Source: Desulfurococcaceae archaeon
GTDB lineage: Archaea; Thermoproteota; Thermoprotei_A; Sulfolobales; Desulfurococcaceae
Length of the DNA: 64,000 bases
Assembly: GCA_049414425.1 (NCBI GenBank)
Contig: JBMSAO010000037.1
Span: 1,731 to 65,730 of the forward strand
Direction: 5' to 3'
Of this stretch, positions 24,863 to 33,953 are shown in pieces (position 1 is the first letter of the stretch; each line of letters opens with the position of its first letter). The position numbers were made by a program, and so were the translations under genes. Below the pieces are notes generated by a model that did no database searches, had not been told where the DNA came from, and saw only the letters and a list, made by a program, of their open reading frames with translations.

Positions 24863-25987
24863 CTAAGTAATAGCCTCTAGAACTCTCTTCAAGTTCTTTG
24901 AGAGCACTCTTGCTTTTCGCTTCGTGACCACTACGACGTCTTCTACTCTGACGCCGTAGCACCCATTAAAGTACACTCCGGGCTCTACGGTGAAAACCAT
25001 ATTTGGCTCTAGAATAGTCGTAGAGCCGGCTCTCAGATAGGGCGGCTCGTGGACGACAACACCCAGTCCGTGACCCAATCCGTGTATGAATTTCTCTCTG
25101 AGACCCCACTTCTCCAGCACTTTACACGCCACTCCGTACACGTCTTCGGCTTTAACACCTGGAGTTGTAGCGTCAGTAGCGACTTCTAGAGCCTCAACTA
25201 CAGCTTCTAGACTCATCCTCTCCTCTTTACTAGGCCTACCACGTATAATCATTCGAGTAATATCACTACACCTCCCTCGATGCTTAACACCCACATCGAC
25301 TAGCACTAGGTCTCTTTTACCTATGACTTTACGGCTGGGTAGTGTGTGTGGATACGCGTTATTCGGTTTAAAAGCTACTATTGGGTCAAAGGCCATTTTC
25401 TCCACTCCTCTACTTCTAACAGTCTGCTCAAACACGCCGGCCAAGTGAGTCTCTGTGACGTTATCAATAACGCTAGCCTGTACTGCTAGTATTCCAGCAC
25501 ACGTAATAGATACAGCTTCTTTAATAGCCGTGATTTCTCTCTCGCTCTTAACTACTCGAATATTCCAGATGTCATTTGAAATATTCATGGCCTTTTTGCC
25601 TAGGCTCTCTACTAGGAGGGCCTGTAGGGGGCTGTTATGAGCTAGATCAGCGCCCACTCTCTGCCACTTGGAAGTCACGGAGGCTACAATATCCTTCCAG
25701 TCAGCTTCTAGAACTGGTATATCTGGCGGCTTCATAGTCTTAGAGAGAGCGTAGAGGGAGACATAGCCTGGTAGTAGAGACCTGTACCTGTAGTACTCGA
25801 GTAGCGGAACATAGAGAGAAACTACGTTATCCTTCCTCTCGTACACGAGTAGTAGAGGAGAGTCGGCTGCCACAGTCGCGTCTAAGAAGTATTCAATATT
25901 GTCTACACCACTAATTATGAGGGCGTCGAGATTCTTACTCTCAGCTAAGTCTACTAGCTTGTCTAGAGAGTTCTTCAAGTACAGCAC
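24863..25987 (-). CDS. pepQ: M24-family Xaa-Pro dipeptidase/aminopeptidase
   Basis: LVDVGVKHRGRCSDITR, GHGLGVVVHEPPYL, VEPGVYFNGCYGVRVEDVVVVT. Confidence 0.85.
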   Translation of the reverse strand: MLYLKNSLDKLVDLAESKNLDALIISGVDNIEYFLDATVAADSPLLLVYERKDNVVSLYVPLLEYYRYRSLLPGYVSLYALSKTMKPPDIPVLEADWKDIVASVTSKWQRVGADLAHNSPLQALLVESLGKKAMNISNDIWNIRVVKSEREITAIKEAVSITCAGILAVQASVIDNVTETHLAGVFEQTVRSRGVEKMAFDPIVAFKPNNAYPHTLPSRKVIGKRDLVLVDVGVKHRGRCSDITRMIIRGRPSKEERMSLEAVVEALEVATDATTPGVKAEDVYGVACKVLEKWGLREKFIHGLGHGLGVVVHEPPYLRAGSTTILEPNMVFTVEPGVYFNGCYGVRVEDVVVVTKRKARVLSKNLKRVLEAIT

Positions 25988-26043
25988 CTCAACTATGTTT
26001 AATACCGCGAAAATATAAAGTCGTTTCCAGAATCAGTGATTTT

Positions 26044-26277
26044 ATGTGGCGAATTCCCATGAGCGAGACTACTGGGGTTAAATGCAGTAGAGATGGGAGT
26101 TTAATGGTTTTTACATACGAGTCTGAGAATCTAAAAGGAGACATAGTCAGGATTTCTCTGTACTACAAGTGTCCACTCTGCGGTGCTAGGAGAGAAATTG
26201 AGGAAATTAAAATTGAGAGGAGCGAGAAGGACTTCTTAGTCACGCGAAGACTACATATTACTAGCACTACAGGGTAG
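26044..26277 (+). CDS. Hypothetical small Zn-ribbon-like protein
   Basis: ORF with CSRDG...CPLCG. Confidence 0.35.
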   Translation: MWRIPMSETTGVKCSRDGSLMVFTYESENLKGDIVRISLYYKCPLCGARREIEEIKIERSEKDFLVTRRLHITSTTG

Positions 26278-26291
26278 AAGTCGACAAAGCA

Positions 26292-26651
26292 CTACTCTTC
26301 ACGGGGTCTACTTTTACTCTTCGAAGTAAGCTCGCTGAGCGCGCTACTAACTAGACTCGGATCTCCCTCAACGACTTTGACCACGTAGTGTAGACTGTCT
26401 CTAGGCTCTACGAGAACAACTAGTTTCTCCCTCTTCTTGTCGAGGAGTGCAGATATGAGCTTAGTAGTCATAGTAGCTGGTAGTTCAATTTCGCTCTTAA
26501 CGCTCGAGTAGCTGGGAGGGTCTACAGACTCGCCGGCGAGAATATACTTAACACTCCTCTTCCTACCCTTCACGACTGTGTGCTCCAGCTTACTACTGAC
26601 TAGAATCCACTTTCCACTCCTCGTTTTTAAGTATATTTTCACAAATAACAC
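26292..26651 (-). CDS. Hypothetical protein
   Basis: ORF only. Confidence 0.35.
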   Translation of the reverse strand: MLFVKIYLKTRSGKWILVSSKLEHTVVKGRKRSVKYILAGESVDPPSYSSVKSEIELPATMTTKLISALLDKKREKLVVLVEPRDSLHYVVKVVEGDPSLVSSALSELTSKSKSRPREE

Positions 26652-26998
26652 CGCTAGCTTCTCACACTAGCTGAAGTAGACCCTCCTCTCCATGTATACT
26701 GTTCTCGTAGTTTTAAACTAAAACAGTCTTGAATTACTAAGTTAGCAGATTTACGCGTTTAACTACTAACCCCGAGGCGGGGATTTCAGCGCGAGAACTT
26801 GTTATTCACGCGTGTAGGTAGAGAGCGCGTGGATATATACTCGGCTTAACATTAGAATACTAATGGGATGACCTAGCAGGAACGTGCTGACACGTGATGT
26901 AAGGTGGAGCGACGGGGACCGTTTTAGTTCTCACTTCGAGCGTTCAAATAGGATTTTTAATTTTCAGTTTATCTTAAGTTAGCACGGGGACTACTGCT

Positions 26999-28153
26999 TT
27001 GAGCTACATGGATGTTGTTAAAGAAGTAGAGAGAATTCTGTGGCCTCGACCCCTCAGGCTATTCACAGCTGGTCCTGTAGCGTGTTTTCCAGAAGTACTC
27101 GAGGCTATGAAAATACAAATGGTTAGCCACAGATCTCGCGAGTACCAGGAGCTTCACAGAGACACGGCTATGAGGTTAAAGGCTTTTCTGGAAGCAGAGA
27201 AAGCGGTAGTACTGCTCATACCCTCGAGCGGCACGGGGTTTATGGAGGCTAGCGTCAGGAACGCTGTGACTCCCCGTGGAAAGGTCCTAGTCACAGTTAT
27301 AGGTGAATTTGGAAATAGGTATAGAGAGGCCGTTGAGAGAAATGGCAGAGTACCTGTTGTGCTAGAAAAGCCTCTGGGCAAGCCAGTGCTACCAGAAGAG
27401 CTCGACGACGCGTTAAAGAAAAATCCCGACGTAGAAGCTGTAACTATAACTTACAACGAGACGAGTGCTGGAGTGCTAAACCCGCTCAGAGAGCTAGCTA
27501 AAGTCGCTAAGGAGAGAGACAAGTTATTATTTGTAGACGCGGTGTCGGCTATGGGGGCGGCCGAGATCAAAGTCGACGCGTGGAAACTAGACTTAGTCTT
27601 CTCGAGCAGTCAAAAGGCCTTCGGCCTCCCACCGGGACTCGCCATGGCGGCTGTGAGCGAGGAGGTGTTTGAGAGAGCTAAGAAAATACCGGAGAGAGGC
27701 CTCTACTTCGACTTAATAGAGATTAGAGAATTCCTCGAGAAGCAGTGGTCAACCCCCACGACGTCCCCAATACATCAAATCGTGGGATTAAACGTCGCAT
27801 TGAGAATTGCTGAGCGAATGGGTGGTAGAGAAGCGTGGCTTAGAATGTACGCTGAGAGAGCGGAGAAGATCAGGAGAGGAGTTCTAGAACTGGGGTTACA
27901 GCTATTCGCCGAGCCGGGCTATTATAGTCCCACAATCACGGTAGTCTACAATCCGCCCGATATAAAGGGCCCAGTTATTTACGAGGAGATGAGGAAGCGT
28001 GGAGTAGAGATAGCTAAAGGCTACGGTAAAGTCAGAGATGTGACGTTCAGAATAGGGCATATGGGGTATATAACAGATGAAGACATAGAAGTGCTCTTCA
28101 ATACTCTGAGAGAAGTTCTCGAGTATCTCGGCTATAAGCCCTCAAAGAAATAA
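26999..28153 (+). CDS. Class V aminotransferase (serine-glyoxylate/phosphoserine aminotransferase-like)
   Basis: PLP-lysine motif SSQKAFGLPPGL, TYNETSAGV, 384 aa. Followed by a serA-like gene. Confidence 0.8.
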   Translation: MSYMDVVKEVERILWPRPLRLFTAGPVACFPEVLEAMKIQMVSHRSREYQELHRDTAMRLKAFLEAEKAVVLLIPSSGTGFMEASVRNAVTPRGKVLVTVIGEFGNRYREAVERNGRVPVVLEKPLGKPVLPEELDDALKKNPDVEAVTITYNETSAGVLNPLRELAKVAKERDKLLFVDAVSAMGAAEIKVDAWKLDLVFSSSQKAFGLPPGLAMAAVSEEVFERAKKIPERGLYFDLIEIREFLEKQWSTPTTSPIHQIVGLNVALRIAERMGGREAWLRMYAERAEKIRRGVLELGLQLFAEPGYYSPTITVVYNPPDIKGPVIYEEMRKRGVEIAKGYGKVRDVTFRIGHMGYITDEDIEVLFNTLREVLEYLGYKPSKK

Positions 28154-28202
28154 ACTAAGCTACTCAAAGAGGAGATTTAGGAAGTCTGCGTGGTGAGCAT
28201 TC

Positions 28203-29138
28203 GTGGTAAAAGTTTTAGTTGCTAGTAGAATACACAGAGTGGGTATTGAAATCCTCAAGAGTGCTGGCGTAGAAGTCTTGTACCTAGAGGAGCCTCCTGA
28301 AGAAGAGCTGGTTAAGGCCATTAAGGGTGTTCACGGCTTAATTGTGAGGAGCAAGCCGCTAGTTACTAGGAGATTAATAGAGGCGGCTGATGGCCTCCTA
28401 GTCGTAGGCAGAGCTGGCGTTGGAGTAGACAACATCGACGTCGAGGCGGCGAGAGCTAGGGGGGTAGAGATACTGACCTCCCCCGAGGCCGCTACGCAGA
28501 GCGTAGCGGAGCTTACAATGGGGTTAATACTGGCCGTCGCGAGGAAAATAGCGTTCTGTGACAGGAAAATTAGGGCTGGAGAGTGGCCTAAAAAACACGC
28601 TGTTGGCGTGGAGCTCTGGGGTAAAACACTGGGAGTTATTGGCGCGGGGAGAATAGGCTTGACAGTGGCGAGAATAGCGAAATTCGGATTTAACATGAAC
28701 GTCGTATACTATGACGTAGCTAGAAATAAAAAGATTGAAGAAGAAGTAGGCGCGAGGTACGTTTCACTGGAAGATTTACTCCGCGAAGCAGACGTCGTTA
28801 CCATACACGTCCCTCTAACTGAGCAGACTAAGTACTTAATTAACGAAGAGAAATTGAAGTTAATGAAGAGAACTGCAATACTCATTAACACCTCGCGGGG
28901 GCCAGTAGTGGACACAAAGGCCTTAATTAGGGCTTTAAAAGAGGGCTGGATGGCTGGTGCTGGACTAGACGTCTTCGAGGAGGAGCCTCTCCCGCCAAAT
29001 CACCCACTACTAGAACTCGAAAACGTAGTGTTAACAGCTCACATAGGTGCTAGCACGGAGGAGGCGCAGGAGAGGGCTGGAGTAGACATAGCAAAGAAAG
29101 TAGTAGAGTTCTTCAGGACGCGAGGGTACATTCAATAA
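28203..29138 (+). CDS. serA: D-isomer-specific 2-hydroxyacid dehydrogenase (3-phosphoglycerate dehydrogenase/glyoxylate reductase-like)
   Basis: NAD-binding site GKTLGVIGAGRIGLTVA and catalytic region NTSRGPVVD...GAGLDVFEEEP...TAHIGAST. Confidence 0.8.
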   Translation: MVKVLVASRIHRVGIEILKSAGVEVLYLEEPPEEELVKAIKGVHGLIVRSKPLVTRRLIEAADGLLVVGRAGVGVDNIDVEAARARGVEILTSPEAATQSVAELTMGLILAVARKIAFCDRKIRAGEWPKKHAVGVELWGKTLGVIGAGRIGLTVARIAKFGFNMNVVYYDVARNKKIEEEVGARYVSLEDLLREADVVTIHVPLTEQTKYLINEEKLKLMKRTAILINTSRGPVVDTKALIRALKEGWMAGAGLDVFEEEPLPPNHPLLELENVVLTAHIGASTEEAQERAGVDIAKKVVEFFRTRGYIQ

Positions 29139-29310
29139 TAAAACCACTGCTCTCTCGAGAACCCGGTATTAGTGCCTAGTTTAAGCGCGCTGAGAACTTC
29201 CGTGTAGAGGAAGTCGACACCTACTATTAAGGTGTGAGAGGATAGAGCAGACTAGTTGGTCTGGTTTTTAAGGGCTTACTGTAAAAATATTAAGAATGGC
29301 GGGGCTAGGC

Positions 29311-29384
29311 AGCGGGGTAGGGCAGCCTGGTAGCCCGCGGGGCTCATAACCCCGAGGTCGGTGGTTCAAATCCACCCCCCGCTA
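29311..29384 (+). tRNA. Initiator tRNA-Met (CAU)
   Basis: A1:U72 (AGCGGGG/CCCCGCT), anticodon stem CGGGG/CCCCG with three G-C pairs next to the loop CTCATAA, T arm GGTGG-TTCAAAT-CCACC, discriminator A. Confidence 0.9.
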
Positions 29385-29496
29385 CTCCGCCGCAAGGCGG
29401 CCCCGCCACTCGCTCGACCCGCACACTTTCCAGTAGCACTTCAGCCTCACCAGTCCTTGAACTCTGATTTTATTAAGACTCCGGCTTAATCGCTAT

Positions 29497-30768
29497 ATGA
29501 GGTGTGTAGTTGTGCGACTATGTGGCTGGGTTATAAGGAGAGCTCAAGTAGGTAGAGTAGTAATACTAGAAGTGTCTACTAGTCGCTCTGCAAAGCCCTG
29601 CGTCCTCGTCTTTAAACCCGAGCGCGAGCCCGAGCTCTACGAGGTTGCGAGTGGAGTTGATGTGGGAACAGCTCTTTGTTTTGAGGGCGAAGTGGCAGAG
29701 GAGCAGAAGAGTAGGCGTGGTATTGAGTATGTCGTTAAAAAGCTGGAGGTATGCGTCAAGCCCCTAGAATCCCTCCCCGTTGACACTGCTGGTAAAACAC
29801 CAGCTCTACTAGACACGAGAGTAAAGTACAGGTGGCTCTTAGCGAGAAAGCCGGAGGAGAGAGCGATATTTAGGATACGAGCGGGCATACTCAAAGCGGC
29901 TCGCGAGTACTTTGAGAAAGAGGGCTTTATCGAAGTCCACACACCTAAAATAGTGGCAGCTGGTGCTGAAGGCGGTGCTACGCTATTTAAAGTACAGTAC
30001 TTTGAGAGCGAGGCGTATTTAAGTCAAAGTCCACAACTCTACAAGCAAATACTAGTAGCTAGTTTTGAGAGAGTATACGAGATTACTCCGTACTTTAGAG
30101 CTGAAAAGTTCAATACTACTAGGCATCTCAACGAGTCGTGGGGTATTGACGCGGAACAGGGCTTTATAAGCGGAGTGGAGGACGTGATGAAGACGCTAGA
30201 AGAACTAGTTGCATACATACTCGACTACATATCCAGGAACTGCGGAGAAGAACTAGAAGTACTAGGTGTAGAGGTTCCACGCGTTTCAACTCCATTTAAG
30301 AGATTGAAGTTCACAGAAGTCGTGGACATACTGAGAAGTGAAGGCCTCGACGTGAGGGAAGACGAGGACTTAAGTGATTACGCTGAGAGAAAACTAGGCG
30401 AAATCATGAGTGAGAAAAAACACAACTTATACTTCATTGTGGGCTTTCCGTGGTCCTCGACGGCCTTTTACTACATGAGAGAAGAAGACGGAGCCTACGC
30501 TAGGAAATTCGACTTAGACTTCAAAGGCCTGGAAATAGCTAGTGGAGGTCAGAGAGAACACAGATACGAGAAGCTCGTGGAGGCGCTGAGAGAAAGGGGA
30601 CTAAACCCAGAGAACTTCGCGTTCTACTTAGAGGCCTTCAAGTACGGTATGCCTCCTCACGGGGGATTCGGCCTCGGCGTTGAGAGGCTACTCATGAAGA
30701 TCTTAAACCTGGAGAACATACGCGAGGCAATACTCTTTGTACGTGACAGGACAAGACTAGCACCGTAG
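29497..30768 (+). CDS. aspS: Class IIb aminoacyl-tRNA synthetase, most likely aspartyl-tRNA synthetase
   Basis: N-terminal OB domain, QSPQLYKQ, FRAE...TRHLNE, GGQREH, PPHGGFGLGVERL. AsnRS cannot be excluded by eye. Confidence 0.75.
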   Translation: MRCVVVRLCGWVIRRAQVGRVVILEVSTSRSAKPCVLVFKPEREPELYEVASGVDVGTALCFEGEVAEEQKSRRGIEYVVKKLEVCVKPLESLPVDTAGKTPALLDTRVKYRWLLARKPEERAIFRIRAGILKAAREYFEKEGFIEVHTPKIVAAGAEGGATLFKVQYFESEAYLSQSPQLYKQILVASFERVYEITPYFRAEKFNTTRHLNESWGIDAEQGFISGVEDVMKTLEELVAYILDYISRNCGEELEVLGVEVPRVSTPFKRLKFTEVVDILRSEGLDVREDEDLSDYAERKLGEIMSEKKHNLYFIVGFPWSSTAFYYMREEDGAYARKFDLDFKGLEIASGGQREHRYEKLVEALRERGLNPENFAFYLEAFKYGMPPHGGFGLGVERLLMKILNLENIREAILFVRDRTRLAP

Positions 30769-30877
30769 CGAATTTACTTTTCTCTCGGCACCCCAATAGA
30801 GAACACTCCACTCTGACTCTGCGCTCTTAATTGAACACTTATATACGTGATCGTGAATATACTACTAAGGGCTAGGT

Positions 30878-31195
30878 ATGAGTGAGCCGCGCGCACTAGT
30901 GAGGTTAAGGAAGAAACTTACTGTGGAGAATCTCTGGCTCTACATTATAAAAATACTGAAAGAGAGTAAGCCTCTAAGAGCCTACGACATCAAGGTCTCT
31001 CTCAGAGAGAGATTTAATATTAACCCTCCAGCTGTAACTGTCTACACTGTTCTCTATAGAATGAGGCGTGATGGCTTAATTGAGGTGAGGCGTGAGGGCG
31101 ACTCAGTAGTCTACACTCCCACTGAGAGAGGTCTCGAGGCGTTTAAAGAGGGTATAGCATTCATTGAGGAGGCACTCGCGAAGTTGAAGCTGTGA
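30878..31195 (+). CDS. PadR-family transcriptional regulator
   Basis: LWLYIIKILKESKPLRAYDIKVSL...VYTVLYRMRRDGLIE. Confidence 0.6.
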   Translation: MSEPRALVRLRKKLTVENLWLYIIKILKESKPLRAYDIKVSLRERFNINPPAVTVYTVLYRMRRDGLIEVRREGDSVVYTPTERGLEAFKEGIAFIEEALAKLKL

Positions 31196-31196
31196 G

Positions 31197-32360
31197 GTGG
31201 TGTCCGTGATACGCGTAGCTATAGTTGGACAGGGGCTAGTTGCAACGCACTTTGCTGTTGGGCTTGAGAGGCTCAAAAACAATGAAATACCAGACCACGG
31301 CGTGCCGCTAAAAACGAGACTCCCCTACAAGTACACTAATATAGAGATAGTAGCGTCTTACGACGTAGACGAGTCTAAGATTGGAAAATCCCTCTACGAA
31401 ATAGCCAAGAAGAGCTATGAGGGTTCTGGTGAAATACCGAGAACACTCAAAGACATATACGTTCGTAGGGGTATTCACTTAGCTAGTACGAGAGGTCTGC
31501 CCATTAAAGCTAGGGGTAGAGAGGAGGAAGTGGGATTAAAGCGCGCAGTAGAAGAGATCCTCGACGAGTGGCGAGAACTCGACGTCGACGTCGTAGTTAA
31601 CGCAATGACAACTGAGCCCGTAGAAGCTGTTAATAACATTGAGGCTCTTCACGAAGCGTTTGAGAGTGGGGATTTAACCGCCTCTCAAACACACGCGTAC
31701 ATGACAGCCCTGTACTCCTCAAGGTATAAGAGCGCGGCCTTCATAAACTCTATACCCTCACCGATCGCGAATGACCAGGCGTTTGTAGAGCTCTATAAGA
31801 AGTCGAAGGCGGTTGTTTTCGGTGATGACGGGGCTACTGGGGCAACTCCGCTCACAGCAGACCTCCTCGAACACTTATACGAGAGAGGGAGGAGAGTACT
31901 GGGAATAGCTCAGTTCAATATTGGAGGCAACATGGACTTCTACGCGCTGAACATGCCCGAGAGGAATGTAATGAAGAAGGCGACTAAGAGCAGCATGATC
32001 GAGGACATACTAGAACATCACGTGCCAAACTACATTAGGCCAACTGGCTACCTCGAGCCGCTCGGAGATAAGAAGTTTGTAGCCATGATTATTGAGTACA
32101 TGAGCTTTGGAGAGTTCAAAGACGAGCTGTACATTGTAGCGAGAATAAACGACAGCCCAGCTCTGGCAGGCCTGCTTGTAGACCTCGTGAGACTGGGAAA
32201 AATAGCCATTGACAGGGAAGCCTACGGGACTGTCTACGAGGTAAACGCCTTCTACATGAAGAAGCCGGGCCCGCCTGGGAGCAGAGCCATATCTAAATTC
32301 CACGCGTACTTAAAGTTATTAAAATGGCTTGGGTTAAAAGACCACAGGATCCCCGAGTAG
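31197..32360 (+). CDS. ino1: myo-Inositol-1-phosphate synthase (archaeal type)
   Basis: Rossmann N-terminus IRVAIVGQGLVATHF. GDDGATGATPLTADLL...FNIGGNMDF resembles GNDGKTGET...NILGN.D of archaeal MIPS (recalled). Confidence 0.65.
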   Translation: MVSVIRVAIVGQGLVATHFAVGLERLKNNEIPDHGVPLKTRLPYKYTNIEIVASYDVDESKIGKSLYEIAKKSYEGSGEIPRTLKDIYVRRGIHLASTRGLPIKARGREEEVGLKRAVEEILDEWRELDVDVVVNAMTTEPVEAVNNIEALHEAFESGDLTASQTHAYMTALYSSRYKSAAFINSIPSPIANDQAFVELYKKSKAVVFGDDGATGATPLTADLLEHLYERGRRVLGIAQFNIGGNMDFYALNMPERNVMKKATKSSMIEDILEHHVPNYIRPTGYLEPLGDKKFVAMIIEYMSFGEFKDELYIVARINDSPALAGLLVDLVRLGKIAIDREAYGTVYEVNAFYMKKPGPPGSRAISKFHAYLKLLKWLGLKDHRIPE

Positions 32361-32373
32361 GTGTTTTCCGAGA

Positions 32374-33051
32374 ATGCGAGTAGTACTTATTGGTGCCCCC
32401 GGTGCTGGTAAAGGCGTTTACGCGCAGTACTTCGAGGAGAAGTACTGTATTCCCCATATAAGTACAGGTGATATTTTCAGAGAGGAGATTGCTAAGGGAA
32501 CGGAGCTGGGTCTGAGAGTTAAACCGTGCGTGGAAAGCGGGAGATTAGTGCCAGATGAGATCGTCATCGAAGTCGTTAAGAAGAGGCTTCAACAGCCCGA
32601 CACAGAACAGGGCTTTATACTAGATGGATTTCCGAGAACAATTAACCAGACTAGAGCCCTCGACGACATCGTCGCAATTGACAGGGCTATATACTTAAAC
32701 GTCTCTGAGGAGGTTGCTGTGAAGAGGCTTAGTGGTAGGAGAGTCTGCCCTCTCTGTGGTAGAGTGTACAATATATACTACGAGCCCAAGCCGAGAGTAG
32801 ATGAGAAGTGCGACTATGACGGCGCGCAGTTAATTCACCGACCAGATGACAAGCCTGAAGTAGTGAGAGAGAGGTACAGGGTTTTCCACGAGACGTTTAA
32901 ACCCGTAATAGAGTATTACAGGTCGTCTCGTAGACTAATTGAAGTTAATGCTGATAGGCCTCTGAGAGAAGTACTACCAGTACTAGAGAAAGTACTCATA
33001 GAGACGGGAGTTCTGAGAGTACCTCTGTGTAGGGATGTAAAAATTGAGTAG
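32374..33051 (+). CDS. adk: Adenylate kinase, long bacterial/eukaryal type with Zn-type LID
   Basis: P-loop GAPGAGKG, STGDIFR, GFILDGFPRT. LID CPLCGRVYN...EKCDYDG (Cys-Cys-Cys-Asp). Confidence 0.9.
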   Translation: MRVVLIGAPGAGKGVYAQYFEEKYCIPHISTGDIFREEIAKGTELGLRVKPCVESGRLVPDEIVIEVVKKRLQQPDTEQGFILDGFPRTINQTRALDDIVAIDRAIYLNVSEEVAVKRLSGRRVCPLCGRVYNIYYEPKPRVDEKCDYDGAQLIHRPDDKPEVVRERYRVFHETFKPVIEYYRSSRRLIEVNADRPLREVLPVLEKVLIETGVLRVPLCRDVKIE

Positions 33052-33316
33052 AGAGCTGAGCGGGAGGAGCAGAGAGTACTTGCTGAGCCTACTACGCAGA
33101 CTCCTAGAAGAGCCAGACGCGTACTTCAGTAATGGCTATTTAAACAGTGAGGGCTGGAAGGTACTCAACTTAATTCGGAGACTAGTAGTAAGGAGTCACC
33201 CCTACTTGGCTAGAGGGTTTAAGAAGAGTATTTACACTGGTAGTTATGACGAGGTCGTCAGGGTCTTACACGACTTAGTGAACTACGTGCACGGGCGTAA
33301 TTCCGATCATTCATGA
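33044..33316 (+). CDS. Hypothetical protein
   Basis: ORF only; overlaps the adk stop by 8 nt. Confidence 0.35.
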   Translation: MSRELSGRSREYLLSLLRRLLEEPDAYFSNGYLNSEGWKVLNLIRRLVVRSHPYLARGFKKSIYTGSYDEVVRVLHDLVNYVHGRNSDHS

Positions 33317-33953
33317 GAGCACAGTTACTATTATTGCCGCAAATTGAAGAGTAGTCGCACTTATAACACGAATTCTTCAACAGTATTAACGCGTCTCTAG
33401 AGAGAACTCCGTACTCAGCTGATATTTCAAGTATATTGTTTAAGAGACTTCGCACTAGCTCAATAAGCCTCGCGACTCTCTGCTTGTTCTCAGCCGTAAT
33501 GACAATCATAGCCTCCCTACCACTATTAATCTCCATGTAGGTGACCACGTGATTACACGTGTGCGAGAACTGAGCCAACTTCTCCAAGTCGCTGTGACTA
33601 CTAGTCTTAACTCTCACTACAGCGGCTTCTCGTCCTAAAATCGCTGTTGGAGTTGCTAGTACGGGGACTAAGTGCCCCTTCGAGAACAGTCTATTTAGTA
33701 GTCTCCTCACAAAGTTGTACTCTAAATTTAACTGCAAGGATATTTGCCTAATACTAGCCCTGGGGTTTTTCATTAGTAATTCAAGCACTGTGGAGAGCAA
33801 GTCGCTAGTATTACTAGTACTCTCGGAAATAGCTATCACCATGGTGAATAGAAGTAAAAAGCCCCTTAATACTTGAACTAATAGGGGGCTCAGGGCTTCT
33901 TGGGGAGTGCGGACTGTGGGTACTTGTAGATACTGTGGAGAGTCGAGTATCAC
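33258..33953 (-). CDS. Lrp/AsnC-like HTH regulator with Cys-rich C-terminus
   Basis: LELLMKNPRASIRQISLQLNLEYNFVRRLLNRLFSKGHLV followed by an alpha/beta domain. The start is probably the internal Met (MVIAISE, near 33842), because the 5' end overlaps the divergent rSAM gene. Confidence 0.5.
   Translation of the reverse strand: MILDSPQYLQVPTVRTPQEALSPLLVQVLRGFLLLFTMVIAISESTSNTSDLLSTVLELLMKNPRASIRQISLQLNLEYNFVRRLLNRLFSKGHLVPVLATPTAILGREAAVVRVKTSSHSDLEKLAQFSHTCNHVVTYMEINSGREAMIVITAENKQRVARLIELVRSLLNNILEISAEYGVLSRDALILLKNSCYKCDYSSICGNNSNCALMNDRNYARARSSLSRVRP

Noticed and set aside
26864-26916. Possible C/D-box sRNA: GGGATGA (26865-26871), CTGA (26887-26890), GTGATGT (26894-26900)
   Set aside because: The C to D' spacing is 15 nt, not ~12. 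There is no terminal CUGA D box at the expected distance (CGGG instead), and both C-like boxes deviate from RUGAUGA.
26766-29384. Integrated element bounded by the initiator tRNA and its upstream fragment
   Set aside because: The fragment lies upstream of the intact tRNA, whereas a displaced 3'-half att copy should lie downstream. The enclosed genes are ordinary serine-pathway enzymes, and no integrase is present.
23979-32360. IMPase-family gene (23979-24776) plus MIPS (31197-32360) as a di-myo-inositol-phosphate osmolyte locus
   Set aside because: The two genes are 6 kb apart. The diagnostic IPCT/DIPPS gene is not visible in this window. This is ordinary metabolism, not a novel system.
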